Assembly (NCBI RefSeq): GCF_009834535.1
Contig: NC_045697.1
Coordinates: forward strand, 114,268,001 to 114,332,000
Length of the DNA stretch: 64,000 nt
Direction of reading: 5' to 3'
Source of the DNA: Camelus ferus
Taxonomy: Eukaryota
Positions 39,478 to 53,250 of this stretch are shown in pieces. The notes beneath the pieces were generated by a model. The model was not told the DNA's origin and searched no databases. It was given only the letters and a program-made list of their open reading frames with translations. The stretch's first letter is position 1, and each line of letters opens with the position of its first letter. The translations under genes and the position numbers were made by a program.

Positions 39478-40868
39478 TTTTGATGGATGAAGAAATGAAT
39501 CACCTCTCTCCTGTACATGGCATGGTCAACATCAGTGAACAGGTTTTGTTTTGTTTTGTTTTTAAAACAAAACTCACTAGCCAGGAGCATGCACTGTTCT
39601 AAAGCATATTCACGAAAACAGCATGTCCAGCTTGAGCTGTATAATCGTGATCAAACCAAGGTCAAGAGTAACTCAAGAGCAAGGGAGTCTTCAGCCAAAG
39701 CCAGTGTTGAGGACAAAGGTGGAAGTCTGTTCTCTCGGTCTAATACATGACTTAACCTGAGTAAAATAATTAGGACAGAAATAAACATGAGACAAACAAT
39801 GATGAAAGCTTCCCCCAACTTTCTCTTCCATCTCTTTGCAAACATAGGCGTGAATAAAAGCCACTAAAAATGTTATTAAAATATCTGACCAAACCCTGAC
39901 GCTGCTGCATCCTGAGAATGCCCGCAGTGCTAGCCCCGCAGATCTTTAGCAAGAGGGTAGCGAGGCCAAGGAGAGTCCCTGCGCCACCCCCACCCGGAAA
40001 AGTCATTTTCCATTATCTAATGGATAGCAGGTGGGGAGTGGCTGAGAGCTTGGTGGCTTTCTGAATAGAAAAGCAGTCTTTGTTTTCTCATTACTAGGCT
40101 TACAGGAGCGACGGCTTCAGCCATTCGTTGGGTTCTGTTAATCTCTCCAGCTGGATCGTGCTAGCCCTTGGGGCTTTCATACTTGCTCTCAACAAGATCT
40201 ATTTGTATGGATCAATTAAAGCAGATAAAAGGTTCACCCTTTTTTCCACTCTAAGGCAGCAAGTTCCACCTTAACTTGTGACATTTGAATATAGTAAACA
40301 AGAATAGAGAAACCATTATGTTGTAAAAATGCTGTTTAGTGGCTCATGTACTGTCATTTCATAGCACTCAGGGGACTGGGGAGGAGGTGCGGTTGGTGGG
40401 CTGGGCTTGGAGGCTCCAGCGACCCTCAAGCTAATCTCCATCCTCAGAGCTGTCTCTGCAGCTCACCCATATGCAGGCTGAACTGAACTTTTAATAACAG
40501 TGTTCTAAAAAGGGTTAAAAAATAGCTCAAAAACATCAGAAAATCTTTAGAAATGACTGTCACCAATCTGCCATTGCTATGACCAAGAAAGCCCAAATCA
40601 TACTACACTATCAAAGGAAATAATAAGACATCATGAATACACACGCGTAATGTGCATAAGCTAGTGTGGAAATCTGCAGCAAATTATTTGAATGAGAAGC
40701 ATATTACATTGAAAAAATCATTTTTAACTTTAAATGATTATGTTTGAGTGTATATTATCTACACAAGTCTTGCAATTGTGTGCGCGCCCGTGTGTGTGTG
40801 TGTGTATATGTGTGTATGTACAGATAATCTTCAAAACAACCAGGAGGAGAGATGTTACTATTTAATTT

Positions 40869-41015
40869 TTTTTGTTTTGTTTCTGGGGTTTTTTGGGGGG
40901 GGTAGGTAATTAGATTTATTTATTTAATTAATTATTTTTAATGGCGGTACTGGGGATTGAACCCAGGACCTTGTACATGCTAAGGACATGTTCTACCACT
41001 GAGCTCTACCCCTTC
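40869..41015 (-). mobile_element. Vic-1-type tRNA-Ala SINE
   Basis: 'aggtaattagatttattt..gtactggggattgaacccaggacc..catgctaag..ctaccactgagct'; possible TSD tttaattt. Confidence 0.93.
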
Positions 41016-42026
41016 TTTTAATTTCTGATTGAGAAAAGGTTGGGCGATTGGTTAGAAATTATAGAGCTATTAGGTGGGTCAGGCAGAGCCTGAACTCAGA
41101 ACTACTTGACTTCAGACCCTGTGTTTTCTGATTATACCCCCTTTATAAAACACACACTGTGAAGCAATATGAACCACTGCCTCTGTATTTGGACGAATAT
41201 GAAAGATCGTGGATACAACTGTACAGCTTCGCAGAATGAATAGGAAAGTTTGAAAAATCTTGGGGAGCCTTTTCACAAGACTGGCTTTTACAGACAAAGG
41301 CAGCAGAGCATAAAAAAGCCAGTGTCTCAGGCCGTGGACAGAGCACAGAGCACAAAGGCAGCTGGATGATTTTCCTCACCCAAGCCTGGGTAGACCTTCA
41401 TCATTCACCAGTGCATTAAATTCTACCTGGCTCTTGGAAACAGTCATTTGCTTGATAGCTCCTTTGTGACCCAGGGAGTTAATACGCAATCCCCAGTGGC
41501 CTAACTTCCAGCTGGGGAGGAGTTTAGGCGGAGGAGAAAAAAAAATCTTATTCCACTTGTCACAAATAATAGGAAGATGGAAGTTGGAACCAACTACCTC
41601 ACTATTTTTGTTAGGAAAGCGCTGTTCTGTTTTGACATAGGTCACTGAGACACCGGGGGCAATTTCCATGGGAAGATATTTCTGTGAGTCAGCATAAGCA
41701 GATGAAATGTACAATTTCACCATGGAAAGGAAATGGGTGAACTATAAAATGTCCTTTTAATGTTCAGACTTTCTGGGTCCTACTGTGAGACTTTTATATT
41801 AGACGGTTGAGACTAAATTCTAAATACCTATCTTAGTATCTAAATACATATTTAAGTCAAATGTGTAACTTTATATCTTTAAACGATTGAAAATAATTGT
41901 CCAGATTTTTCATAGGTTCAATTCTTTGCCCAAATGCTGACTTAAAATGACCTATTAAGTGCTTATTATGCATGATTAATTTTACTGTAGATTTGTGAAG
42001 ATGCTGATATAATTACATGATTTTAA

Positions 42027-42257
<231 letters not shown>

Positions 42258-42843
42258 TGAGAGGAGTGATACCATTGAGATAATTGTAGTATTTGGCTGT
42301 ACTGAAACATGTAAAAGCTAAGGGATTTAGTAGTTCTAAAATGAAGAGCTGGAAATATTTGATAATAAACCTCGCTATCAGTTGTTGTTGATTTTAAGAC
42401 ATTAATTCCACCATTAATTCCAATGCTTCTTCCAAGGTTATTTCTGAGTTGTCATTATAGATCAAAAACAATTTAATTATTTACACAGTGACCCTTTTTT
42501 TTAACTGGGAAACCAGAGTAGATTAATAGATGAAGTTTACATACACATTAATAACAATAGTTAGCATCAGATTAAAAAATTATATTTATGTGAAGACACT
42601 CTAGAATGATTTATATATGTTTAAGTTACTTAAATACTTCTTAGGATTGAGTCATTGTGCTTCGTAAAGAAAGTTTAGAAGGCGATTTGGTTAGCACAGC
42701 TACTTGCCAGGTTAGTCTTTAAAAAATAATGCAAAGGAATAAAGGCTGAGAGACAAAAGACAGAAATGGAAGATTTAGATGCTGTGTGTAAAAGAAAAAG
42801 GAAAAAATTAAATGGTTGGTATCTGAAAATCACCAAAGAAATT

Positions 42844-42847
<4 letters not shown>

Positions 42848-42888
<41 letters not shown>
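42848..42888 (+). repeat. (TG)20 microsatellite
   Basis: Direct reading. Confidence 0.98.
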
Positions 42889-42890
<2 letters not shown>

Positions 42891-42951
42891 AAAATGTTTG
42901 GTAAACAAATGTTCGCTGGGCCAGGCAGAGACCATGGGACACAGAGAGGAA

Positions 42952-43184
42952 TGTTAACAAGCAGACTTTGCTGGGTTCCCACTTGTCTGCACACCTAGTT
43001 CATACTATAGTGATCCATGCTGATAGCTCCCTTCCTGGAACAGGTCCTCCATCTACTTTCTTTTATGCAGTTAGGAGGAAGCTTGAAGTTTCTTTCTGAG
43101 TCTTTTGGGCCTTGATTGTTTTCACCTGGATATAATATGCATCCTAAATAGACAATTTGGGGTGGTAAGTTTTGCTCCCCTACA
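42952..43184 (-). mobile_element. MER34-like ERV1 LTR fragment
   Basis: Reverse strand starts tgtaggggagcaaaacttaccaccccaaa, similar to the recalled MER34-family 5' end. Confidence 0.6.
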
Positions 43185-44332
43185 ACAGCATAAATAAAAT
43201 CTCAAGTTCATGACCCACCAGACTATTTAGAGAAACTAGTCCAACTGCAAGGTCCGTTCCAGGTCGAAATTCAATGGAAATATATCAATTCTTATTTCAA
43301 TTTTGCTAACTTACTTTATTAAATAAGCACCCTGACCCATCCTCACTGACTTCTTTCCCCCACCCCATACTATGAAGACCCATGGATCTGGCTCCACACA
43401 GTTGACATCTAGAGCAATAGCAGGAAATATTTTTAATGGTGTACAACCTATCAAGCATCAATAGGATAACTAAATGGTATATTCATGGTGGATTTTTATT
43501 CAAAATATAGTTCTTCATGATGGAATAGTGAGGCTAGAAAGTAAGAAAAACATTGAAAATAAAGTGTGAATAATATACTACATTTATGATAACACCACCA
43601 AGACTGAAGAATGATGCCTGGTAATGTCAGCGTGTAGAATTTTGCCTAGAATCCTGCTACCTGGACCTGTCAAGGGGAAAAATGGTATCGTGTTTGAGAT
43701 ATGAGTTGATGTGGTAAGGAAGGCAAGGTAGATCAGTATAGTGTCCCGATAAAATTTTGTAATTCGGGAATCTGAATCATCTATAAAAGCATTCAATAGA
43801 GACATAGTAAAACATTGTTTATAAAGGCGTGTAATAGGAACTATGAATTTGGATAGAAGAACATCTATATGATGTCGTTAACTATCAGAAGGTAATATGG
43901 TAGCAATTTTATGGAAATTATCTATAGTAAATGCACTGAATCAAATGCATATTGTGATGATTCTGCCGTTTGGTCAAAATTAACACAAAAGGTCAACATT
44001 TTTAACATTTTGTATCACAAAGAGATATTAGGTAATGAAAGCACTTGGCAATCAGCAATCATAAGCTTTTATCTTTTTGAATAATCACAAGCTTTTTCCT
44101 TCGCTATGATAAAATGATATGTACATAATTATTTAGAGAAGATAATGTCTTTCTATGTCATTCTGGAATTATATGGAGTGTTTTAATATTCCTTGTGATC
44201 TCACCACGCTCTGCAAGGTTTCACACTTTCAGTGTATCACCCTTATTAAACAGGGTGCCAGGCTTTATAATGACTCCTTGGAAATGGCAAAGCTAACCTG
44301 TTTGAATGGACCATATCAGCAAGAGGTATTCA

Positions 44333-44883
44333 TGTTACCTCAAAATGGGAGGGAAAAGATCCCAGTTCTTGTCTTACCCGAAAGAGAAGATTTCAGACAG
44401 GAGATAGAAGCGTTGTGTAGCAAAAGATTTTAAAGGTTTTATTAGCAAAGGGGAAGCACCCCTCCAAGACTGGGAGGTGGGCTGATCCAAGGGCGGGTAG
44501 CAATAGTCTTTGTTTACCCCCTTCTCTTATACCTCACTTAGAGGGGTGTCTCTTGATTGACTGACAGCTCTTGCCCCTGGAGTGCTTTGTCATGCTTGTC
44601 CCCTTTTGTGCATGTCCTTACCCATGTTGCACACAGGAAAACCCATTGTATGAGGCCTGACCCACAATGCTAATTACATTACAGTGAGCACTGGGTCATG
44701 TCTGGTTAGGTCTTTGTCGCTACTGTGCAGTCGTGGCTGTCAGGTTCTAACCGATTTCTCGCTGGCACTCATTTAGAATTGAAGCCCCTATATGCTGGAG
44801 GTGGGCATAATGCCATCTGCCACACCATTCTCCTTCTCCTCCACCTGTCTGCCCAGTGTCCCCACTTATCTAACTACCTAACA
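44333..44883 (-). mobile_element. ERV1-class solo LTR (family B)
   Basis: TG...CA ends, near-TSD ttca/ttta, antisense AATAAA near 44438, GC-richer block. Confidence 0.8.
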
Positions 44884-46989
44884 TTTATACCTACATGTGA
44901 ATAAGAAACATATGTCTGTTTCTTTCTCTGCTTCTGCTATGTTACAACTACACCCACCTCAGATTTGTAAAGTTTAGTCACAGGCTTTGTATAAGGACCT
45001 GATTTTAGAAAGTCCCTCTATTATAAAATATTAGTATCACAGATATAAATGTATAGCAATAGTGAAAAGGTGATCTCTTGTAAAATGATGTCTTAAGTAC
45101 CCATGTGTACAGAGTGCTGTGATGTTAAAGCAACTTGAAAAGATAGACTTCCTTTCCTTGAGGAGTCTTTCATCTCAGACAGGTGCTGATAAAAATGACA
45201 GATACAGTAAGGGTAAAAAGTCATCATTTTTCACATTCAGCATCCATGCCCTTAGAGAGTTCCTAAAAAGAAAGCCCAGAAAACAAGAAAGGCCCTAAAT
45301 GAATATCCAGAGGAATGAACTAAGGCCAGAGAAGTTAAACTTGTCTTGATCCATTACTCATTTACTGGTGGATTCAAGGATAGACAGATTTCTGGAGTTC
45401 CAGTTTGTTATTCTCTTTGCCACTGTATTAAAATGGAAGAAAGTAAAGGGTAATCTGCAAAGAAAAGAAAAAGATTAATGGCAAAACAAAAAGCACATCG
45501 CCAACAGATATTACACTATTACAGTGTTATCTTAGTAGTTATAAGGCTTTCTATAAAATAGCTTTTTTTTTCCATTTTGGATAGGATGAGTTATTGTATT
45601 ATTTTCCAATAAGCATTGGATGGTATTCATAATTTTTCTCCAGAACTTTTGACATTATTAAAAATCCCTTTGATTTTTATTAAGATACTCAAAATCAATC
45701 CTCACTGTGAGCATGAAGTATTTTAAATCATGCCTTGTTTGATTAACAAATTTGGAAATCTATTTAATGGGATCCAATAAATATTCATTGCGGTCAGACA
45801 ATAGTTTTGAATACTTAGAAAGAAATACTGAATCCTCTCCTTAAATGGTGAACACCCTGCACTGTAGCATTTTGCTGTCTTAATAGTAAAACATGTAGCT
45901 TTTTTCAGTACAGAGTTCTTATGGAATTAAAAATGAATTAATAGTGTCGTTAACTATAATGACTCGTGCTAACACACAATGAGTCAGCATTTTATTTTCT
46001 TCCAATGCAAAATTAAAATGCGGTGTTTGATTAAGTTTGACTTGCCTGGAACACTATAATTTTGCTTCAGATCTGTAGGTAAACGCAAGCTATTTGCCAT
46101 CAGATGAGATGACCATACAGATAACTGAAGCATTTAATTTCAGAAGTGATGTTCAAATAAATGTTTCTATTGTCTTATGTTTGCAGTCAAATTCAATTAA
46201 GACGATAAAGTGCTACTACAAGATTATTAATTTTAGAAATTCATTGTTCTCATTTGGGCTTTCTAGATAATCAAAAATGGTATAATCGTCTACCCAGAGG
46301 AAGGCTATTTGTTTTGGAAATGCTTTCCATGGATTCAATATCCTGAGTTAAACTATAAATCGCTTTGACTTAAAGTTATATGAAATGAGGATTTTTGGGG
46401 GGTAATTCTGATAGATTCTTGAAATACCTATTTAATTATTATAAGTTGTAGTTCCCAAAACCATATACATAAACTTTAAGATGTGTAAGTGTTCTAGAGA
46501 TTCAAGTTTAATGTCACAAATAAATCTGTCAATTCAAAATGATCTCTATGTGTGGAAGGAAGCAAAGGAAGGTGTGCTTCTCCTCAGCATAAAATAAATA
46601 GATTTTTGTAAGCATAGTGCATTCATTGTGAGCATTTATATTGAAACTAATCGTACAGTATCTTTCCTTGCTTAGAAGGAATAGATAATTAGGATTCTAA
46701 AATTCTAAATTGTTAAAAAAAAATCGAACACTTATTTTCAATCACTTAACTATGAATATATTCAAAATGTCATCTCTCTTTACATGAAAGTCTTCTTACT
46801 AGTATATAGATTTGATAATAACATTGTAAGGAAAAGAATGTTTATTTTTCTAGGAAATCACAATTGCTATAATAAAATGTTACTTATTGGAACCATGTAA
46901 TAACCAGAGCAATAAAATATGACTACTATATTCATATTCATTGATATATCATGAGTATCTGAATGTACTTTATTTGAGAAAAATAGCAG

Positions 46990-47560
46990 AGTTCAGTGAC
47001 CAGAATTAAGACTGTTGTGGTAACATAGATTTGGTGATGGGGCCAGGACTAGACAAGGAGTAGCAATAATGCAAGGAAGTGGCCATATTTGGAAAATGAC
47101 TTACAAGCACAATCACCTTGATTTGATGTGTGATTACATATGCACAGAAGGAAGAGGGTAGGATCCAGGATGATGTCCGACGTTCCAGCTTGCATACAAA
47201 GGTGAATAATGATGCTATTCATTAAATCAGGGCACACGGGAAGAGAAGCACATTTGGGGACATATATTTGGTTAAATTTTAGACATATTGGCATATTCAA
47301 ATAGAGACATTCGGTTGGAGATTGGGGTGGTCTGGAGGTCAGGTGGGAGCCCTGGGCCACAGATACAGATATAGAGCGTGCAGTTACAATTTGATACTCT
47401 GGCCGGGAGTGGGTACCCAAGGTGAATAGGTGAAGAGATGGGCAAAAGCGGAGTAGGAAACTAAAACTAAACAAGAGCAACCCTTAGAGAGGTAGGAAGA
47501 AAACCAAAGGACTACACCATCATGAAATTTTCATATGGAATTGTTGCCAAGGCTGAGTGC
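46990..47560 (-). mobile_element. L2 LINE fragment
   Basis: 'ggatgatgtccgacgttccagcttg..gatgctattcattaa..ttttagacat..cattcgg..ggtctggaggtcagg'. Confidence 0.75.
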
Positions 47561-47719
47561 AAAAGAAGAAAGTATAGGGCAGATGAATGGACTGGATTTG
47601 GCAGGAAGGAAGTCGGTAATGTTGGGGTCAAAGCAAAAGTGCTGGTGGTTGGGAGACTGGATGTAAAAAAAATATTAAAAAACATAATGTTAAGCCAAGA
47701 GGTAGAGCACATAAGGGTG

Positions 47720-47885
47720 TATCAAGTATATATTTAGTTAAAATCCAAAGCAGGTAAAATTCACCCATGGTTTCACTAGTTAATACGATGGTTTCCTTTG
47801 GGGGACTTGCAGGGATGGGGTGGGGAACAGAAGGCAAGAGAGGGGATTCTCTGGTGCTAGCAACATCCTACTTTTTATCCTGATT
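47720..47885 (+). mobile_element. L1ME-type 3' UTR fragment
   Basis: 'aaagcaggtaaaatt..gatggtttcctttgggg..ttctctggtgctagcaacatcctac'. Confidence 0.55.
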
Positions 47886-50104
47886 AAAAAAAAAAAAACC
47901 CAAACTGATTTGGGAAATACTGCACTGGATAATTAGAGCTGCTTTAATCTAACCCCACACCAGATCATTGTAGGATAAAATCCTGCAGCAATTTTACTTG
48001 ACTGGCACACGGGGAAATCACTTTTCTCCTCCATGCTTTGATCACAAAGTTAGTTTGCATGTTTGTACGTCTGTAATTTTCTATGTTGGTGTGTGTAGAC
48101 CCACCTCAGTGGTTGGATATATACAGCACCGCCGGCTTACAGATAATTTCACTGTATATTACTTTGCTGTGTCTGGGTTCTTTAGCCCTTAGAGAAAAAT
48201 AGCCCCCAAAACACGATTGCTGAGACCCAACCAATAGACGTATATTCCAAAAGGACAGGTTTTTGGTCTTAAAGAAAATATTCTTTATATTCCAACTGTT
48301 AATAAAAAGACAATGGATAAGGCAACACCAATTTGAACTATGATTTAAAAAAAAGAATGGGAATTCTTCCCATTCAAAGATGACTCTGTCTTCTCGGTTG
48401 TTAAGTTTGTACCTGTTGCACCTTTGTTTCTTTTCACTGATACCTGCTGGCATGCTACGCACCCTGATCTCTCACTGGTAAATTTTTCTTGTTGACTTGT
48501 TCGTAACTCCTAAGGGCAGACTCAATTAGATATTTCAGTGTCTTTTATTTCAAGTGAAGCATTTGTATGTATTTCTCAAAGTCTTGACTCTTTTTGTTAC
48601 AGTGATATTGAAAAGGACTTTTCTGACACAGAGTGAAATTGAAATAAAAAATAATTAAGTGGTAACTGATTCTTTCTTATTTTCCGCGCTGTGCCGTACC
48701 TTGTCAATCGTAACTTAGCGCATCTGACTTAAAATCACTCTCCCCTGGTTTCAGCGTCATATTGTGGGGTGGAGTTTGCCTGAGGCTGTTTGTATACTTT
48801 CATAACCTTTTCTGTAATTCACTGGCCTTCGGCTTTGTTAATTCCATGCTGTTAACACCAGTTCCTCAGGAATGCCTTGAATTGAGCCTTGTGTTGTCCT
48901 TGTGTGATTCTGAAACCCTACAGGGATGGCATCTTCATATTGGCTTCACTGTCGAGACAGTGGTGACATTGCTGCCCCAGATCCGGTCCGTTTGGATGTG
49001 ACAGAGTAGCTGCAGATTGGCACAAGAGCCTTTGCTTCATTTCAGAGTATCTCCAGTTCCCAAACTGAGCTTCTACTAATGGGATTTAATTTTTAACTGG
49101 CCAAAATTGTTCAAGAATGTACAGCAATTAAAATGTCATGTTTTAATTACCAGCTGTTTTCTGAATTCCCATGTCTAGGTTAGTCTGGGAGAATATATTT
49201 TATTTCAGTTTTATAGTTGAAAGTTTCCTTACAGGATTGTGCTCTGTCAAATGACCCTTTAGGGAGGCGTGTGTCTACCACGTGAGGGTTATTACGAAAC
49301 AGAAAATAAGGTGCTTTTGAAATGTATAGTATCAGATAATCATCCATGTTTAAGCATTTGAATCTTTTACATTTTTTTTAATTTAAAGAAGTTGGAAGCT
49401 AATACTTAGAAAATACATATTTTTGCTAAAATTACTTTAATATATAATTATTATTCCCTCTTTTATAAACAGAGAGAGCTTGACTCCATCAGTTAAGTGA
49501 GTTCTCCCACTTTTGTGGAATAGTTAAATGGATATAACCAGATAAAACATAAATCTTTAAATAGACCTTATCAATGCGTATAGCAATCATAAGATTTACA
49601 TTGAATATCTAATATTCATTTGAATCCATTGTGTCTGGTTGAAAAAAAAGAGAAGAAATAAAACAAGAGAAATAGATTTTTGGATTTTCATAAATTTTAA
49701 GCCAAATCACATATTAATAAAAGTTCTGCCAGAGTCTTTGCTTTCTGCTCGTGTTAACTACTATAATTCCATCTCTCTTTAAACAGTAACTATTTTTCTT
49801 ATTGTAGAAGTTAAAGAAAACAGAAAGATCTGCAAGAGAAAATAGGAATCAATTTGAATTCCATCATTCAGTTACAATCACTTGTATGTATATGACTATG
49901 TTAATCTTATACACTCAAGAAATCTTTAATTCTACCTTCTTTTAATTAATTATATATTGAAAACATATCTTAACATCAACAAATATAGTTTAACATCATG
50001 TTTTTAAAGGCTTACATTGTGAGAAAATAACCATAATTATGAAAATTATAATCAGAACACATTATTCATTACCATTCCCATTATTATTCCTCTCCTAAGA
50101 GAGT

Positions 50105-50424
50105 AACACTGGCTCATGTGAAACATAACACAAGCAAAAAATTTAGCCATCTAATAATTTTAAACTTTCTAGCAGTCGCATTAAAAAAAGAAGAGAAAGG
50201 AGTGAAATTGATTTTACTAACCCTTTATCCCAATATAGCCAAAATAGTACTATCACGGCATGCAATCAATATGAAAATTAAGGAACAATTTTGTATCCTT
50301 TTTTCTAACAAGTTTTGAGATCTTCTGTACATTTTATATTTACAGCACATCTCAATTTTTTATGAGCCACACTCCAAATGTTCAATAGCCACATGTAGTA
50401 GTGGCCACCATCTTGGACAGTGTA
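50105..50424. mobile_element. MER33 hAT-Charlie MITE
   Basis: 'tttacagcacatctcaatt..agccacac..aatgttcaatagccacatgtagtagtggccaccatcttggacag'. Confidence 0.85.
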
Positions 50425-51339
50425 ACATTAAAATGTTAAAAACAAATCCATCTAAAAACTTACTCCAGTATTTTAAATACAAGATTCCAGTTGCAGATAA
50501 ATAACATAGTGGGAAAATCATGTTCTTATCTATTTTTCAGGGAATCAGGAAAATACACACTCATGGGTAAATGTAATCATTTAAGTGGCAAAATATATAC
50601 CCTCAACATAAATAAGACGTTGACTTTAAAAACAGGATTTGCTAAAATGTATTCAATGCCACCTTATAACGACATCTTCCAAATGTTGAAACATCAATCG
50701 ATCATTAAAATCATATATCCCCTACCCACAGTTAATGCCTTTAAATTTGTATTTTCTGATTTTTTAAAATAATATTATTTTAAAATGAATGACTATTTTT
50801 TTTCTCCTGATTTAAAATCAATGCAGCAATTATGTAAGCTTTCCCTTGAGAACCTGTCAGTCTGGGAATAAAAGTGTCCCTAGCCTGAATTATTTCAGTC
50901 CTACACTTAGCAGTGAGACACTTTCATGGAGCCTGTACAACCTTATATACCACAAGGATGAATGTTTCATGGTAACTTTTTTGAAGTATTGAAAATAACT
51001 TCAGACTGTTGCTACCTCTGAGAACCCTAGGGAAGTTAATGTGCTGCATTCAACATAACAATAATTCTTTAATGCTTAGAAGTTACTGAAATATTTTGTA
51101 GTGCCTTGGGGTCAGCACAATGATAAGAAATGCATGTATATATCATGTAAACAAAGTCCATGTAAGATACCTTATTAACAGGCTTTGTAGTAATTCAGTG
51201 CATGATATCTTCTTGGTAATTTCTCTTACAGATATTTGAAAACCAGTAACACATTAGTTTTTAAGCAATCTTTTTGAGAATCAACAAAATAAATCATTAA
51301 TACACATTATCTTCACACTTTTATACAAATACTTAATTT

Positions 51340-51500
51340 GGGGGGAGGGGATAGCTCAAATGATAGAGCACATGTTTAGCATGCATGAGGTCCTGGGTTC
51401 AATCCCCAGTACCTCCTCTAAAAATAAATAAATTAGTTACATTAAAAAAACCATTAATTACCTCCCCCAAGAAATAAAATAAAAAAAAAACTAAATTAAA
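51340..51500 (+). mobile_element. Vic-1-type tRNA-Ala SINE, full length with TSD
   Basis: TSD aaatacttaattt (51327-51339) and aaatacttaactt (51501-51513); B box ggttcaatcc; poly(A). Confidence 0.95.
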
Positions 51501-53118
51501 AAATACTTAACTTGATGAGTATCTATGTAAAGTATGAATGCCTGACACTCATTCTATTTAGTAATGCTCAATCTTTTGATTATTGTACTCCATTTTATTC
51601 AATGAAAAGGTTTAATCTTTTAAGAAATTATATTGCAAACTCCATTAATTCATGAGGCCTCTATCTTTGCAGTGGCTTTTGGTGAGTTTTTAGCACAATC
51701 TACCATTGCTATCCTTAGTACATCTGAGAATGAAAATTTCATGTAATATTAAAATATGTATTTATCTTAAAATTTTAATAAATGTTTGTTATATCCTTAG
51801 AGGACAACTTAAAAATAGGTTTAAGTGAAATAAATTTCTTAACGAAAAGGAAATGGAGGCATCTATATACCGAGTGCTGTTTAGCTGCCTGACTGAGGGC
51901 TTTGTGAGGCATGGAACACTGTGTCTCATCTGCAACGTTCCCACTGCAAGTTGTGTTCATCCCACTGCAATCACTTCTATAGAAGGGCAGGAAATGCAGT
52001 AAACTTGTTACCATTCTTTCAAGTAATGTAAGCCCACCCTTGTTGTTGGCCATCAGATGGGACCCAAGAGAAGCATCTGTGATGTTTAAAGAATCATAGA
52101 AGTTACAGGTTACAGATGATCTTGAGAGGTAATACGCATTGATAGTGACTGCCTGAGGGACATCGAATGATTACTTTCTTTCTTCTGACTGTGGCTATCA
52201 CTGAGTATTAACCATAATACTACTTTATTAAATACATAAATAAATTAGACATCGTAGTACACAGCATATTGTACTTGTCTATTCCAAAAGGATGGATGTT
52301 TTTAACTAAAAATAAAAGTTAGAAAGAGAAGTTGGATGGAAGAAGAAGAAAGAGGGAGACGGAGACAGAGAAGCAGGAGAGAGAAGAGAGATTAAAGGGA
52401 GAAAGTAGGAAGCCAGGCAAAGAAGGGTGATATATTGCAGGTAAGTATTGTGTAATTTAAAATTTATCAGCTGTGCAAAGATCCAATTCCATACTTTTAC
52501 ATATTTAAATTAATAGTTCAAGCTACAATGATTAACTTCATCCACAACAACCCCCATTTGTTCTAGTCTTATGTGACATTATCAAAGCTAGTCACTACAA
52601 ATAGAAAGATAGATAAGAAACAGCTTCTCTTGTCAATGCAAGAAAATTAAATGGTAAAAGGAGATTACAAAATAATATCGTATAGGATAAAAGAAACATG
52701 TAAAATACCACAGGACAACCAAAAGTTGCACTCTCAGCGAGGGATTCTGAGCGGAGGTAACTTCTAAATTAAGTAGATTCCCAAATAGGAGTTCTTGAGG
52801 AGAAAGCCAGAGACCGGGTGCTTTTCTGCCCAGGAGGTGGTAACAGCCAAGACCCAGATGCGGGAAACTGCAAGGAGTTTGGGAGTTGAGGGAGATGAAA
52901 AGACAAAGTGGAAATTAGGGAGAAAAGAGGCTGAGGAGGGAGATAGGGAGTAGATCTTGAAATGCCATGAATACGTTATGGAGAAACTGATGGACAAGAC
53001 CCTCGGCAGCAATTTGCCGTGGTCAGATCTAACTTTGGAAGGATCGTTTATGAAGCTGAGTGCGAGATGCAGTTAAGAAACATGAGCAGAAGCAGAAAGA
53101 ACAGTAGGTGAGTGCGAC

Positions 53119-53250
53119 CAGGGATGTGCTGGAACCAGTGATTAAATTTCTAGGAATTTCACTATAAGGTTGATGTCACTTTGGAAACTGGAAATTGGCC
53201 CATGGTGGACGTTTACACGTTCACCACAACAGTGCTGACCACCAGCTGCA
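53119..53250. mobile_element. MER63-like hAT fragment
   Basis: 'gtgctggaacc..ttaaatttctaggaattt..gttgatgtcac..gaaattggcccatggtgg..tttacac'. Confidence 0.6.

Noticed and set aside
39975..39998. CTCF site
   Set aside because: Only the GGTGGCGC half matches on the minus strand; the 5' CCAC/CCAG part is absent.
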